Below are positions 28,616-37,663 of a stretch of DNA of 64,000 bases, piece after piece. Made by a program: the position numbers and the translations under genes. Under the pieces are notes generated by a model. That model was not told the DNA's origin. It searched no databases and was given only the letters and a program-made list of their open reading frames with translations. Within the stretch, counting starts at the first letter, position 1. Every line of letters starts with the position of its first letter. The DNA comes from Patescibacteria group bacterium (GTDB lineage: Bacteria > Patescibacteriota > Microgenomatia > UBA1400 > Chisholmbacteraceae): assembly GCA_022564195.1 (NCBI GenBank), contig JADFLW010000002.1:12320-76319 (forward strand), written 5' to 3'.

Positions 28616-29245
28616 TTAGCGAGATCGTTTAACGTTCACACGCTTGCAGTACTCAAAAATAGGACATGTAGAACAAAACGGGGATTGTGGGACGCAGAGT
28701 TCCTGGCCGTGGCGGACAAAAACCCGATTGACAATCCGCCAGTATTTCTTCGGGATAATCTTTTGTAATGCCTTTTCAGTCTCCTCCGGTGTTTGGGTTT
28801 TAACCCACCCAAGCCGATTCGTAATTCGATGCACATGCGTATCCACCGCGATCGCATCCTTCTTGAACGAATGGGAGAGGACGATATTTGCGGTCTTGCG
28901 ACCGACTCCAGGGAGCGCGAGCAACTTTTCTTCATTTGCCGGCACCTTACCGTCGTGATCCGCAATCAAGATCTTTGAGATATCTTGAATACGCCTGGCA
29001 TTCTGCCGATATTTTCCTGAAGGCCTAAGGATCTTCTCCAGTCGAGCTCTAGAGAGCGCGAGGACTGCTTGAGGGGTGTCTGCGACTTTAAATAGTGCCT
29101 CTGCGACCGGAACGGTTTGATCATCGCGTGCACGCTGAGAGATAAGGGTTGCAATCAGGGTGCGGAACGGGGTTGTTGTAACTCGATACATTTCAAGATC
29201 AGGGTAGATCTGGTTAAGGATTTTCAGGACGCGCATAACTTTCAT
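28616..29245 (-). CDS. nth: Endonuclease III (HhH-GPD DNA glycosylase with 4Fe-4S cluster)
   Basis: HhH motif LALPGVGRKTANIVL, catalytic D in AVDTHVHRI, and a C-x6-C-x2-C-x5-C cluster (CVPQSPFCSTCPIFEYC). The start is uncertain (29245 or 29272). Confidence 0.85.
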   Translation of the reverse strand: MKVMRVLKILNQIYPDLEMYRVTTTPFRTLIATLISQRARDDQTVPVAEALFKVADTPQAVLALSRARLEKILRPSGKYRQNARRIQDISKILIADHDGKVPANEEKLLALPGVGRKTANIVLSHSFKKDAIAVDTHVHRITNRLGWVKTQTPEETEKALQKIIPKKYWRIVNRVFVRHGQELCVPQSPFCSTCPIFEYCKRVNVKRSR

Positions 29246-29294
29246 ACCAAGTATTGTAGCAAGCAAGCCCAAATGCTATCCTTAAAGGGCATCT

Positions 29295-29840
29295 ATGGAT
29301 GAAGAGGAGAAAAAACAACCAGCCCAACAGCCAGAACAGAGTGATAATCCTGGGGAAAAGTCGGAGCAGAGCCAACAACAGGGATCGAGTGAAAATCAAT
29401 CGGAGGAAACAAGGACCCAAGAATCACCTCCCTCTACTCCTCAAGAAGAAGCACCAATGCAGCAGCCGCATTTGGTTGGTGCCACGCAAGAAAAGAAGAA
29501 AGGAATATCCCTTCCATCAATTTCTTCACTTCCCCACAAATCATTCATCATAGCGATCATAACCATTGGAATAACCATCGCCGCGGGCATTGCCATCGCA
29601 GTCAATGTAGGGAAATTAACGCAAAGAGGACCAAAGACAAAAGAAGAAGTCACGACCCCGCAAATAATACCCAGACCAACACTACCCCCAAAAAGACCCA
29701 CAATTCAAGAAAGCTCACCATCCGGTCAAGAGGCAACCCCTTCAAGTAGCTTTGAAGAATTGTTGGACCTTGAGCAGTCAGAAGAAGCTACGCCTTCGGG
29801 GCCGAGAGTGGCGACCGAGCAAGCACAACCAACACAATAA
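29295..29840 (+). CDS. Low-complexity Gln/Glu/Pro-rich single-pass membrane protein, unknown function
   Basis: Acidic, disordered N-terminal 90 aa, one TM helix (FIIAIITIGITIAAGIAIAV), Pro/Thr-rich tail. Confidence 0.4.
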   Translation: MDEEEKKQPAQQPEQSDNPGEKSEQSQQQGSSENQSEETRTQESPPSTPQEEAPMQQPHLVGATQEKKKGISLPSISSLPHKSFIIAIITIGITIAAGIAIAVNVGKLTQRGPKTKEEVTTPQIIPRPTLPPKRPTIQESSPSGQEATPSSSFEELLDLEQSEEATPSGPRVATEQAQPTQ

Positions 29841-29864
29841 AAGAGTACAGAAGCTTCAGAAACC

Positions 29865-30518
29865 GTGAAGGTGAACTGTTCTTTTCAAACCCATAAGGGA
29901 AAGGTGCGCGAGAAAAACGAAGACTATTTTGGCTCGTGGAACAAGAAAGTCTTTGTTGTTGCCGATGGTGTTGGAGGATACGCAGCAGGAGAAGTGGCTG
30001 CGCGCCTTGCAGTGGAGGAAGTTATCAGAAGATTTCAGTCAGAATCGGCAGTGAATGATAAAGTTTTGGAAGATGCCATCAAAAGTGCAAATCGGAAGAT
30101 CATAAAAACCGCCGCAGCTACCCCCCGGTACCTTGGAATGGCAACGACAGTGGTGAGTGTACTCATCTCCGCCGATACACTCACATTCGCAAACGTCGGA
30201 GACAGTAGAGCATTGCTGTTGAGAAATCGTAAGCTGAAGAGAGCAGTGCCGATTCATCGCGATAAATTCGGCTTTCTCACTCAAGCGCTCGGTGTAAAAG
30301 CAACCATATCAGTAAGCATGAAAAGAGTGAAAGCAAAAACTCAAGATCTCGTACTGTTAGCAACGGATGGCCTCACGGACTTTGTTTCGAAAGACACGAT
30401 CCAAACTGTCTTAGAGAGCAAAGAAAAACTCAACCAGAAAACAGAATCGCTCATCGAACTCGCTATTCAGAAAGGGGGATACGACAACATCACAGTCTGT
30501 ATCATCAAACTTACCTAG
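29865..30518 (+). CDS. PP2C-family Ser/Thr protein phosphatase
   Basis: VFVVADGVGGYAAGEVAA, ATDGLTDFV, GGYDNITVCII. Confidence 0.8.
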   Translation: MKVNCSFQTHKGKVREKNEDYFGSWNKKVFVVADGVGGYAAGEVAARLAVEEVIRRFQSESAVNDKVLEDAIKSANRKIIKTAAATPRYLGMATTVVSVLISADTLTFANVGDSRALLLRNRKLKRAVPIHRDKFGFLTQALGVKATISVSMKRVKAKTQDLVLLATDGLTDFVSKDTIQTVLESKEKLNQKTESLIELAIQKGGYDNITVCIIKLT

Positions 30519-30553
30519 TAGTAAGTGATACCTCAAGACACAGTAAATGGGTC

Positions 30554-31162
30554 ATGAAAAGATTGCTCATCGCGACAAACAATCGAGGCAAAATGAAAGA
30601 AATAAAAAGCATCCTCAAAGATGTTCCATTGAAAGTTGTGAGAATTTGGGACATCGATGCAGGATCCGGCGAGATAGACATCAAAGAAACGGGAACCACC
30701 TTTGCCCAAAACGCGGCCATCAAAGCCGAAGCCCTCGGAAAAGTAACAGGCCTCTTGACCCTCGCTGACGATTCCGGTCTTGAAATAGATGCTTTAGGTG
30801 GGAAACCTGGGGTAAGAAGCGCAAGGTTTGCCGAAAGCAACAAAGCTCGGATCGAAAAGGTATTACGGCTCTTAAAAGGCGTTCCGCGCGCAAAGCGATC
30901 CGCGCGTTTCAAAGCGGCAGTAGCAATATACGACCCGGAAACCGACGAAACCAAGATTTTTGAGGGAGAAACAGCAGGACAGATCACATACAAGCCACGT
31001 GGAAACCGTGGCTTCGGCTATGACCCCATCTTCTACTCAACGGAGTTGAAGAAAACCTTTGGCCGAGCCACTCTCAAGGAGAAGAATAGCCTATCCCACA
31101 GAGCACGTGCACTAGCGAAAGCCAAAAGATTTTTACGGATACGCTCCCAAGCATCCAAATAG
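30554..31162 (+). CDS. rdgB: Non-canonical purine NTP pyrophosphatase (RdgB/Ham1, dITP/XTPase)
   Basis: LIATNNRGKMKEI, DDSGLEIDALGGKPGVRSARF, FGYDPIF. Confidence 0.85.
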   Translation: MKRLLIATNNRGKMKEIKSILKDVPLKVVRIWDIDAGSGEIDIKETGTTFAQNAAIKAEALGKVTGLLTLADDSGLEIDALGGKPGVRSARFAESNKARIEKVLRLLKGVPRAKRSARFKAAVAIYDPETDETKIFEGETAGQITYKPRGNRGFGYDPIFYSTELKKTFGRATLKEKNSLSHRARALAKAKRFLRIRSQASK

Positions 31163-31169
31163 AATCGCC

Positions 31170-31458
31170 ACGCAGTAAGTCCAACTTCTGTCGCCTGATG
31201 CAATTGAGCGAGCAGCTGAAGCATCACTTGTGTCAATGTGCGTCGCAAGGATGCGGTCAAATCCCAAACAGCCAAAGATATAAAAACGAAGGCAAAATAG
31301 CTCAAGGAAAGAACGGCCAGTGGCACGGCGAGCGCCCGAATAAAAGGAGCAATCAGAAGAGTGAATCCAAGAACGTAAGCAGCGGCGTCGATGAGACGTG
31401 TTTTTGTTGGGAGCTCAGCGCGATACTCGGTAATCAGCGCATCATACTCATCAGTCAT
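31170..31458 (-). CDS. Small two-TM hypothetical protein
   Basis: The ORF 31033..31458 begins MTDEYDALITEYRAEL and has 2 TM helices. Its last ~45 codons would overlap the rdgB 3' end convergently by ~130 nt, so the true 3' end and the gene itself are uncertain. Confidence 0.3.
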
Positions 31459-31470
31459 GATACAAACTAG

Positions 31471-31560
31471 AGGCAGAAATAAGAGGGGCAGAAATAAGAG
31501 GGGCAGAAAGGGGCGTAGGAGCAGTAAAAAACTGCCCCCATGCTGCCCGGGCAGTTTAGA
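31471..31560. repeat. Intergenic tandem ~15-nt repeats (gaggggcagaaataa, ~3 units) plus palindrome aaactgccc...gggcagttt
   Basis: Read directly: agaggcagaaataa gaggggcagaaataa gaggggcagaaagggg, followed by aaaaaactgcccccatgctgcccgggcagttt (a 9-bp stem; ctgcccgggcag is itself palindromic). Sits between divergent/adjacent genes upstream of pepA. Confidence 0.7.
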
Positions 31561-31761
31561 TAATCCTATGCGCTCGATGTGGCTTATGTCAACAAGAACT
31601 TAACAAGACAAAATAGAATACAGTAGTACAAACTGAATACATGCAGGGAAAAACTTTAAATGATAGAAGTAAAAAATTCGGAGAGTCAAGCTACAGGCCG
31701 AGCTTAAAACAGGCAGACAATATCAAAGACAGTCAAAGGTCTTCAGTAGAAATCAAAGGCG

Positions 31762-33306
31762 ATGTACAGTACAATGATGCCCATGCAAATCTCGGCTAAA
31801 CGTGCAAAGCTCGAAAGCCAGAGAACAGATGCAACAATTCTTCCGTGTTTCCAAGGTGAGGAGACAAAAGGCATGGTTTCCTCCATAGACCGAGCGCTGA
31901 ACGGTGTACTGGCAAGAACAATAGGAGAGGAAAACTTCGAGGGAAAGCTTGGAAAAACGTTTCTCTTCCACACCCACGGGAAGATTCCCGCAAGGCGGAT
32001 TATTGTCGTCGGTCTTGGAGAGAAGAAGGAGCTGGATGCTGAGCGTCTACGCCGGGCAAGCGCTGCGGCACTGAAGCTCGCAAAGAGTGTAAAGGCTAAA
32101 ACCATTGCGATCTCCCCCCCTCCAAAAAATGGGCAACAAATGATGAGCGTCGAAGAGGAGGCGTATGCACTTGCAACTGGCGCACTGCTTGCAAACTACA
32201 CGTTTCACAAGTATCAAAAAGAGAAACGAGAAGAAGCAGAAAAACACGCACCAAAAACCTGGACAATAATCGATGCCTCTAGCCGAAGAACAAGTCTTGC
32301 AAAAAGAGGGACAGCGCAAGCAGAGCAGTTCATTGAGGGAGTTATTCTCACCCGTAATTTAGTGAATGAGCCGGCGCTTCACGAAACTCCCAAACGTTTA
32401 GTACAAGAGGCTGAAAAAATTGCGAAAGTAGCCCCAGCCATAAAGATGAGGGTATTCGATGAACCGAGCTTGAAGAAAATGGGAGCGAATGCGCTCTTGG
32501 CAGTTTCGAGAGGATCAGACGAACCTGCGTTCCTGATTCACTTAACATACAAACCAGTGAAGAAAGCGAAGAGAAGACTGGCACTTGTTGGAAAGGGGCT
32601 CACTTTCGATTCGGGCGGCCTTTCGATCAAACCGCAGGAAGGAATGAAAACAATGAAGATTGATATGGCTGGTGCGGCAACAGTGCTCGGAATTTTCACA
32701 ATATTGGCAAAAGTCGGTTCCAAACATGAAATTCACGGTATCATTCCCACGACCGAAAATCTCATATCGGGAAAAGCAATCAAACCGGGTGACGTTGTTA
32801 CTGCGATGAACGGCAAAACCATTGAAATCATAAATACCGATGCCGAAGGGCGAGTAATTCTTGCCGATGCCTTCGCGTATCTTGGAAAGCAAAAAGGCAA
32901 GTGGGATGCGATGATCGACTTTGCGACCCTAACCGGTGCCTGTGTTGTCGCTCTCGGAGAGCAGATGGCAGGTTTGTTCGGAACAGACCCAGCACTCAAC
33001 GAGGCGATTTTGAAAGCAAGCAAAGGCGAAGGAGAGCAAATTTGGGAAATGCCACTGACGGAGGATTACCAAAGATTGATAGAGAGTCAAATTGCAGATG
33101 TGGCGAACATTGGAAAAACCAGGTGGGCTGGAGCAATAACAGCAGCGCTCTTCTTAAAAGAGTTCGTTCCAAAAGATACGCCCTGGGCACATCTTGATAT
33201 TGCCGGACCGTCGTGGGAAGAAAGCGGAGAGATTCCCTACATTCCTAAAGGTGGAACGGGTTTTGGGGTCCGCAGCATCATGCGCTTCTTAAGTGAGCTT
33301 TCCTAG
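31762..33306 (+). CDS. pepA: Leucyl aminopeptidase (M17 family)
   Basis: GKGLTFDSGGLSIKP and the NTDAEGRVILADA signature. Confidence 0.85.
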   Translation: MYSTMMPMQISAKRAKLESQRTDATILPCFQGEETKGMVSSIDRALNGVLARTIGEENFEGKLGKTFLFHTHGKIPARRIIVVGLGEKKELDAERLRRASAAALKLAKSVKAKTIAISPPPKNGQQMMSVEEEAYALATGALLANYTFHKYQKEKREEAEKHAPKTWTIIDASSRRTSLAKRGTAQAEQFIEGVILTRNLVNEPALHETPKRLVQEAEKIAKVAPAIKMRVFDEPSLKKMGANALLAVSRGSDEPAFLIHLTYKPVKKAKRRLALVGKGLTFDSGGLSIKPQEGMKTMKIDMAGAATVLGIFTILAKVGSKHEIHGIIPTTENLISGKAIKPGDVVTAMNGKTIEIINTDAEGRVILADAFAYLGKQKGKWDAMIDFATLTGACVVALGEQMAGLFGTDPALNEAILKASKGEGEQIWEMPLTEDYQRLIESQIADVANIGKTRWAGAITAALFLKEFVPKDTPWAHLDIAGPSWEESGEIPYIPKGGTGFGVRSIMRFLSELS

Positions 33307-33317
33307 AAGAGCCGAAC

Positions 33318-34394
33318 ATGCGATCGCAACGCTCAAAGCGAATCAACAACATAAGAAGGAAACTCGCCTCCCTTGCGCTTGAGTCACTTCTCATCACAAG
33401 ACCCGAGAACATCACCTACCTCACGGGAGAAATCGAACTGTCGCATGACCGGCACGACGCTGCGCTACTGCTGATGAAAGAGAGCCTCATGCTCTTGATC
33501 TCTCCCCTTCGTGAAAAACCAGCAAGAGCCATAGCGAGATCAGTGACAATCAAAAAAAGCGGCGATTTCGTAAGCGACGTTAAAACCCTCTGTATTGAAC
33601 GAAAGATTGCTACTGTTGGGTTCGAGGAGGAGAATCTACGAGTTTCTGAATACAAAATGCTAAAAAAACGTTTAGCACCGATTGCCCTCAAACCGACCCA
33701 ACAAGTAGTTGAAAACTCAAGGATGATAAAGGATGAGGAAGAAATTGAGAGGATCAAGAAGGCATGCCGGATTGCAGTTTCAGTATACAAAAAAATAAGA
33801 CCATTCCTGAGCCCGGGACGCACCGAGAAAGAAGTGGCTTGGGAGATTGAAAAACTGGTAAGAAGTAAAGGAGCGGAAGGAGTACCTTACGGCTTCAGCC
33901 CAATAGCGGCTTTTGGATCCAATACGTCCACTCCTCACCACATACCAGGTAACAGGAAACTTAAAAAGAGAGACACCGTGCTTCTAGACTTTGGCTGTAC
34001 TTATCGAGGCTACGCGTCGGATTTTACCCGAACGGTCTTCATTGGAAAACCCACTGATCGCGAGAAAGAAGTGCTCGCAGTCGTCAAAAAAGCGCAAAAG
34101 CTCGCGCTCGAGAGCCTTGCTGAAACGGACGATCCAAAAAAGATTGATAAAGCTGCTCGAGATCACATTGCAAAATCAGGATACGGGAAGTTTTTCGTGC
34201 ACGGTACAGGTCACGGTTTGGGACTGAGTATCCATGAAGCTCCGTCGATCAGTACACAGGAGAAAACCAAAATACAACCAGGCATGGTTTTCACTCTCGA
34301 ACCTGGAGTGTACCTTCCAGGAGAATTCGGCATACGCCTCGAAGACACGATTCTAGCCACAACAGACGGGCCTGAAATTCTTACAAGACAGTGA
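33318..34394 (+). CDS. Xaa-Pro aminopeptidase / M24 family metallopeptidase
   Basis: Creatinase-like N-terminal domain. Pita-bread metal ligands D...D, HGTGHGLGLSIHE, E...E (LEPGVY, IRLEDT). Confidence 0.85.
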   Translation: MRSQRSKRINNIRRKLASLALESLLITRPENITYLTGEIELSHDRHDAALLLMKESLMLLISPLREKPARAIARSVTIKKSGDFVSDVKTLCIERKIATVGFEEENLRVSEYKMLKKRLAPIALKPTQQVVENSRMIKDEEEIERIKKACRIAVSVYKKIRPFLSPGRTEKEVAWEIEKLVRSKGAEGVPYGFSPIAAFGSNTSTPHHIPGNRKLKKRDTVLLDFGCTYRGYASDFTRTVFIGKPTDREKEVLAVVKKAQKLALESLAETDDPKKIDKAARDHIAKSGYGKFFVHGTGHGLGLSIHEAPSISTQEKTKIQPGMVFTLEPGVYLPGEFGIRLEDTILATTDGPEILTRQ

Positions 34395-34444
34395 GGAGAA
34401 AAGTGGTGTAACTCGCAGTCGTGGCCCGTGGGTTTATCTACTCT

Positions 34445-34602
34445 TTACTCGTTTTCCCTAAAGATGTTTCAAGCTTCCGATAGAGCTCCATCCCGCATAC
34501 TGGGCAGGGAGTTTTCGCCATCCGCAGGTTATGCTTCGTACGGAACTCTTCAAACTCCTGAACCTCTCGTTTTGCTCGGCACTGAGAACAAAAGAATTTC
34601 AT
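34445..34602 (-). CDS. Small zinc-ribbon protein (52 aa), not in the supplied ORF track
   Basis: Manual translation of the minus strand gives MKFFCSQCRAKREVQEFEEFRTKHNLRMAKTPCPVCGMELYRKLETSLGKTS, with a CxxC...CxxC pair. No other support. Confidence 0.3.
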
Positions 34603-34620
34603 AGGCGCCGTAAAATGAAC

Positions 34621-34908
34621 TTACCGTAAGAAAAAATAAAGCCCAATTTCTACTGAAAAAGCCATGCTTGCCCAAATTGCTGTACGGACAAGATCTTTAC
34701 GAATAAGCCTTGGATCATAGGAAAACAAGGAAAGAAAATCTGTCTGCGAGGAATCGGATCTTAGAGTTTTCCTTTGCTGAGCAAGGAATTGATCTCGGGA
34801 TGAAGAGCGAGTCCTTGAAGAAGCCGAAGTACGCTTGGACGATTGCTCTCGAGCTTGCCGACGCAACTGCGCGATGATCTTGTCTTTCCTGGTTCTCCAT
34901 TTTGCCAT
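34621..34908 (-). CDS. Small basic protein with C-terminal TM helix, hypothetical
   Basis: Internal Met start MAKWRTRKDKIIAQLRRQ... then Ser/Arg-rich region and TM AIWASMAFSVEIGLYFF. The longer ORF N-terminus (to 35040) runs into repeat element B. Confidence 0.3.
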   Translation of the reverse strand: MAKWRTRKDKIIAQLRRQAREQSSKRTSASSRTRSSSRDQFLAQQRKTLRSDSSQTDFLSLFSYDPRLIRKDLVRTAIWASMAFSVEIGLYFFLR

Positions 34909-35020
34909 AGCGAACTCATTGTAACACGGTAAAGCAGTTGCCTCGTGAAAGCCAAGAAATGATTGCGAAGCATACCCAAGCCTCGCGCCGCCGGCAAAGC
35001 CTTTGGCGACGCACGGCCCG

Positions 35021-35182
35021 CTTGGGGAACCGCTGAGCAATGGGGGTTCCCCGCCCCGCCTGCGCTACGCGTCAGCGTTGCGGGCGCAGCAAGGGGGATT
35101 CCCTCTGGCTCTCCGATGATTATCGGGGAGGGGGCGTCAGGGAGCAGAGCGACCGCCAAGGGGTGGAACCCCTTGGAAACGA
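35021..35182 (+). repeat. Hairpin-rich structured element, copy B
   Basis: Hairpins ggggaacc...ggttcccc, ctgcgc...gcgcag, ccgatgattatcgg. Also carries gggggattccc and the identical 32-nt 3' module. A TATAAT lies at 35238-35243 between the element and the downstream gene. Confidence 0.6.
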
Positions 35183-35280
35183 ACGAGCAGTGCGAGAGAA
35201 TTTATTGAAGTGAGAAACCAAACGGGCCTCAATGCGTTATAATATGCGGGTAGAATTTCTCACAAGCAAAATTTTCGGAA

Positions 35281-35742
35281 ATGTCAATGACAAACATCAT
35301 GCTCATGATCCTCGCACTCTGGTTGGCGGTAACGAATTATTTTCTTTGGCAAATGATAATCCGTTACCGTCGCTTAACGCGAGGCATCAAGAAAAAGGAG
35401 CTACGAGCGCTCCTGGAGAATACATATAAGGAATTAAAAAAACAGAGACAAACCACGGAGGAGCTCAAGAAGTGGATAGAAAAACTCAAAAAAGAAGAAG
35501 AAACGCACCTGCAAAAGGTAGGCTTCATCCGCTTCAATCCATTCATTGATACAGGGGGAAATCAAAGTTTCTGTCTTGCCATTCTCGATAGACACGACAA
35601 CGGCATTGTGATAAGCTCTCTTCATAGTCGAGAGAGCACGCGGCTGTACGCGAAATCAATAACACAAGGGAAAGCCAAAGGGCAACAGCTCTCGAAAGAA
35701 GAAAAAGAAGCCATTGAGGAAGCACGAGAAGTGAAAAAATAA
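35281..35742 (+). CDS. DUF4446 family protein
   Basis: N-terminal TM, then GFIRFNPF...GNQSFCLAILD...GIVISSLHSRESTRLYAK, which I recall as typical of DUF4446; the C-terminal tail is charged. Confidence 0.55.
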   Translation: MSMTNIMLMILALWLAVTNYFLWQMIIRYRRLTRGIKKKELRALLENTYKELKKQRQTTEELKKWIEKLKKEEETHLQKVGFIRFNPFIDTGGNQSFCLAILDRHDNGIVISSLHSRESTRLYAKSITQGKAKGQQLSKEEKEAIEEAREVKK

Positions 35743-35771
35743 ATCTCCATTTTCCGAAAGCCCAATTTCTA

Positions 35772-36959
35772 TTGAAACAGTTCATGGATCCTGCCACACT
35801 TCGACAAAAACTTCTACCAATTTTCGCCGGTCTAGGACTTTATCTGTTTACAACAGGAATTTCCTATGCCGCGTTCAATTTCCTCAGCACCCCACCGGAA
35901 ATCGATTTCACAGCACCAGTTCTAGAAGGCGGAGAATTGGTTATTGATCCGGGAGAACCAAAGACCGAGCCCTGTCCGCTAAACGGCAGACTCTATACCA
36001 AAACGGAAAGACGAGTTTGGGAAAAACGACGGCCATTGGCGGTCATGATCGAAAACCATACAGAAGCCAGGCCGCAGTCAGGATTAACAGCGGCAGATGT
36101 AGTGTATGAGGCGGTTGCAGAAGGAGGAATCACGCGTTTCTTGGCAATCTACTACTGCGACGCTGTCGCTCGTGATAGGTTACTCGGTCCGATACGCAGC
36201 GCCAGGACTTACTACCTTGACTGGGCTTCGGAATACGGAGCAACTCCGCTGTATGTCCATGTTGGAGGCGCCAACCTTCCCGGACCTGCAAACGCCTTAG
36301 GACAGATCCGCGAGTATGGGTGGGGAGGAAGAAACGGTAATGACCTCAATCAATTTGCCATAGGGTACCCAACGTTTTGGCGCGACTACGAGCGTTTAGG
36401 TCGCACAGTGGCCACCGAACACACGATGTATTCCACAACGGAAAAGCTATGGGCGGAAGGCGCCCAGAGAGGATGGACCAACAAAGAGCCAAGCACAGAG
36501 GTGGACTGGCAAGAGCGTTTTGTATCTTGGACATTTACGAAGGAAGAAAGCGCAGGAGGAACCGAGGCTGAGAAAATACGCTTTGGGTTTTGGGAATCGT
36601 ACAAAGAGTACAATGTCGTCTGGCAGTATAATCCACTGACACACCTCTACGAGCGCTTCAATGGCGGCGAGCCGCTGAAAGACTTAAATAACGATACGCA
36701 AATTGCAATAAGAGTCATCATCATCCAATTCACACCGGAAAAGGGACCGATAGATGAGCTCAAGCACTTACTATACAAAACAGTTGGCTCTGGCAAAGCG
36801 CTCATTTTCCAAGATGGAAAAGTGATCGAAGCAAATTGGAAAAAAGCCAAACGTACCCAGAGAACGATCTATACTTCAAAGACGGGCGGAGAAATAACCT
36901 TCTCTCCAGGGAAAATCTGGATCGAAATTGTTCCCACGGGGAATACTGTAGACTATTAG
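35772..36959 (+). CDS. DUF3048 domain lipoprotein/secreted protein (YerB-like)
   Basis: N-terminal signal/TM. DUF3048 N- and C-domain motifs: RPQSGLTAADVVYEAVAEGGITRFLAIY and IRVIIIQF. Confidence 0.6.
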   Translation: MKQFMDPATLRQKLLPIFAGLGLYLFTTGISYAAFNFLSTPPEIDFTAPVLEGGELVIDPGEPKTEPCPLNGRLYTKTERRVWEKRRPLAVMIENHTEARPQSGLTAADVVYEAVAEGGITRFLAIYYCDAVARDRLLGPIRSARTYYLDWASEYGATPLYVHVGGANLPGPANALGQIREYGWGGRNGNDLNQFAIGYPTFWRDYERLGRTVATEHTMYSTTEKLWAEGAQRGWTNKEPSTEVDWQERFVSWTFTKEESAGGTEAEKIRFGFWESYKEYNVVWQYNPLTHLYERFNGGEPLKDLNNDTQIAIRVIIIQFTPEKGPIDELKHLLYKTVGSGKALIFQDGKVIEANWKKAKRTQRTIYTSKTGGEITFSPGKIWIEIVPTGNTVDY

Positions 36960-37073
36960 TGTACAATACCTAAGCTCCAAGCGAACAGACGAGGTCGAAG
37001 CGAGCGAATTGAGTAACATTAATAGTCAAAAATCCGACTATACAGTAATTCTCCTGCCCCCCAAACAAAGCTC

Positions 37074-37661
37074 ATGGCGCAGCTAACCGACTTCATGGTC
37101 TCGAGAGTAAGAAGTAAACTGCTCAAAGTGTTCTTGCAAGACCCGCAGGAGATGTTCTACGTTCGCCAGCTTACCCGCAAAGTTGGAGAAGAAATTAACG
37201 CAGTGCGAAGAGAACTCGAGCGCATGAAGGGACGAGGAATGGTGAAAAGCGAGCCTCGTGGCAATCGTCTCTACTACTTCATGCGAAAAGACTACCCCTT
37301 TTACCAGGAGCTTCTCCAGCTCATCGCAAAAACGGATGGACTCGGAGGGGCGATCAGGAAAGATCGGAAGAAACTTGGGAAGCTCAAATTTGTCATGCTC
37401 TCAGGAAAATTCATCCGCAGAAAGCCAAGACAGCAAAATGAGATTGATCTGTTGGTTGTTGGAAATGTGGTCTTGCCGCAACTTGCTGTCCTCGTTCGTG
37501 AAGAGGAAGCACGTCGAAAACAAGAGGTCAATTACACAGTGATGGCGCTCGATGAATTCGAATTCCGCCGTCGCCGTCGCGATCCATTCCTTCTTGGAAT
37601 TCTTGCGGGATCGCGGGTGATGATCATCGGCGATGAAGATGAACTCGTCGCACGAGAATAA
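37074..37661 (+). CDS. Winged-HTH fused to a minimal nucleotidyltransferase-fold domain (AbiEi/AbiEii-like architecture), hypothetical
   Basis: N-terminal wHTH (FYVRQLTRKVGEEINAVRRELERMKGRGMV). C-terminal NTase motif GKFIRRKPRQQNEIDLLVVG (G[SG]x9-13 DhD). Confidence 0.5.
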   Translation: MAQLTDFMVSRVRSKLLKVFLQDPQEMFYVRQLTRKVGEEINAVRRELERMKGRGMVKSEPRGNRLYYFMRKDYPFYQELLQLIAKTDGLGGAIRKDRKKLGKLKFVMLSGKFIRRKPRQQNEIDLLVVGNVVLPQLAVLVREEEARRKQEVNYTVMALDEFEFRRRRRDPFLLGILAGSRVMIIGDEDELVARE

Positions 37662-37663
37662 AG

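Noticed and set aside
28636-28978. Three overlapping ORFs (109, 104, 61 aa) within the nth locus
   Set aside because: They are alternate-frame or antisense to endonuclease III, which has clear HhH-GPD and FeS motifs.
31033-31169. 3' ~45 codons of minus ORF 31033..31458 overlapping rdgB
   Set aside because: A 130-nt convergent overlap with a well-supported gene is unlikely. The overlapping part is kept out of the feature and the gene itself is rated low.
31471-31530. CRISPR array
   Set aside because: There are only ~3 units of 15 nt with no spacers. No CRISPR-like repeat-spacer periodicity appears anywhere in the window.
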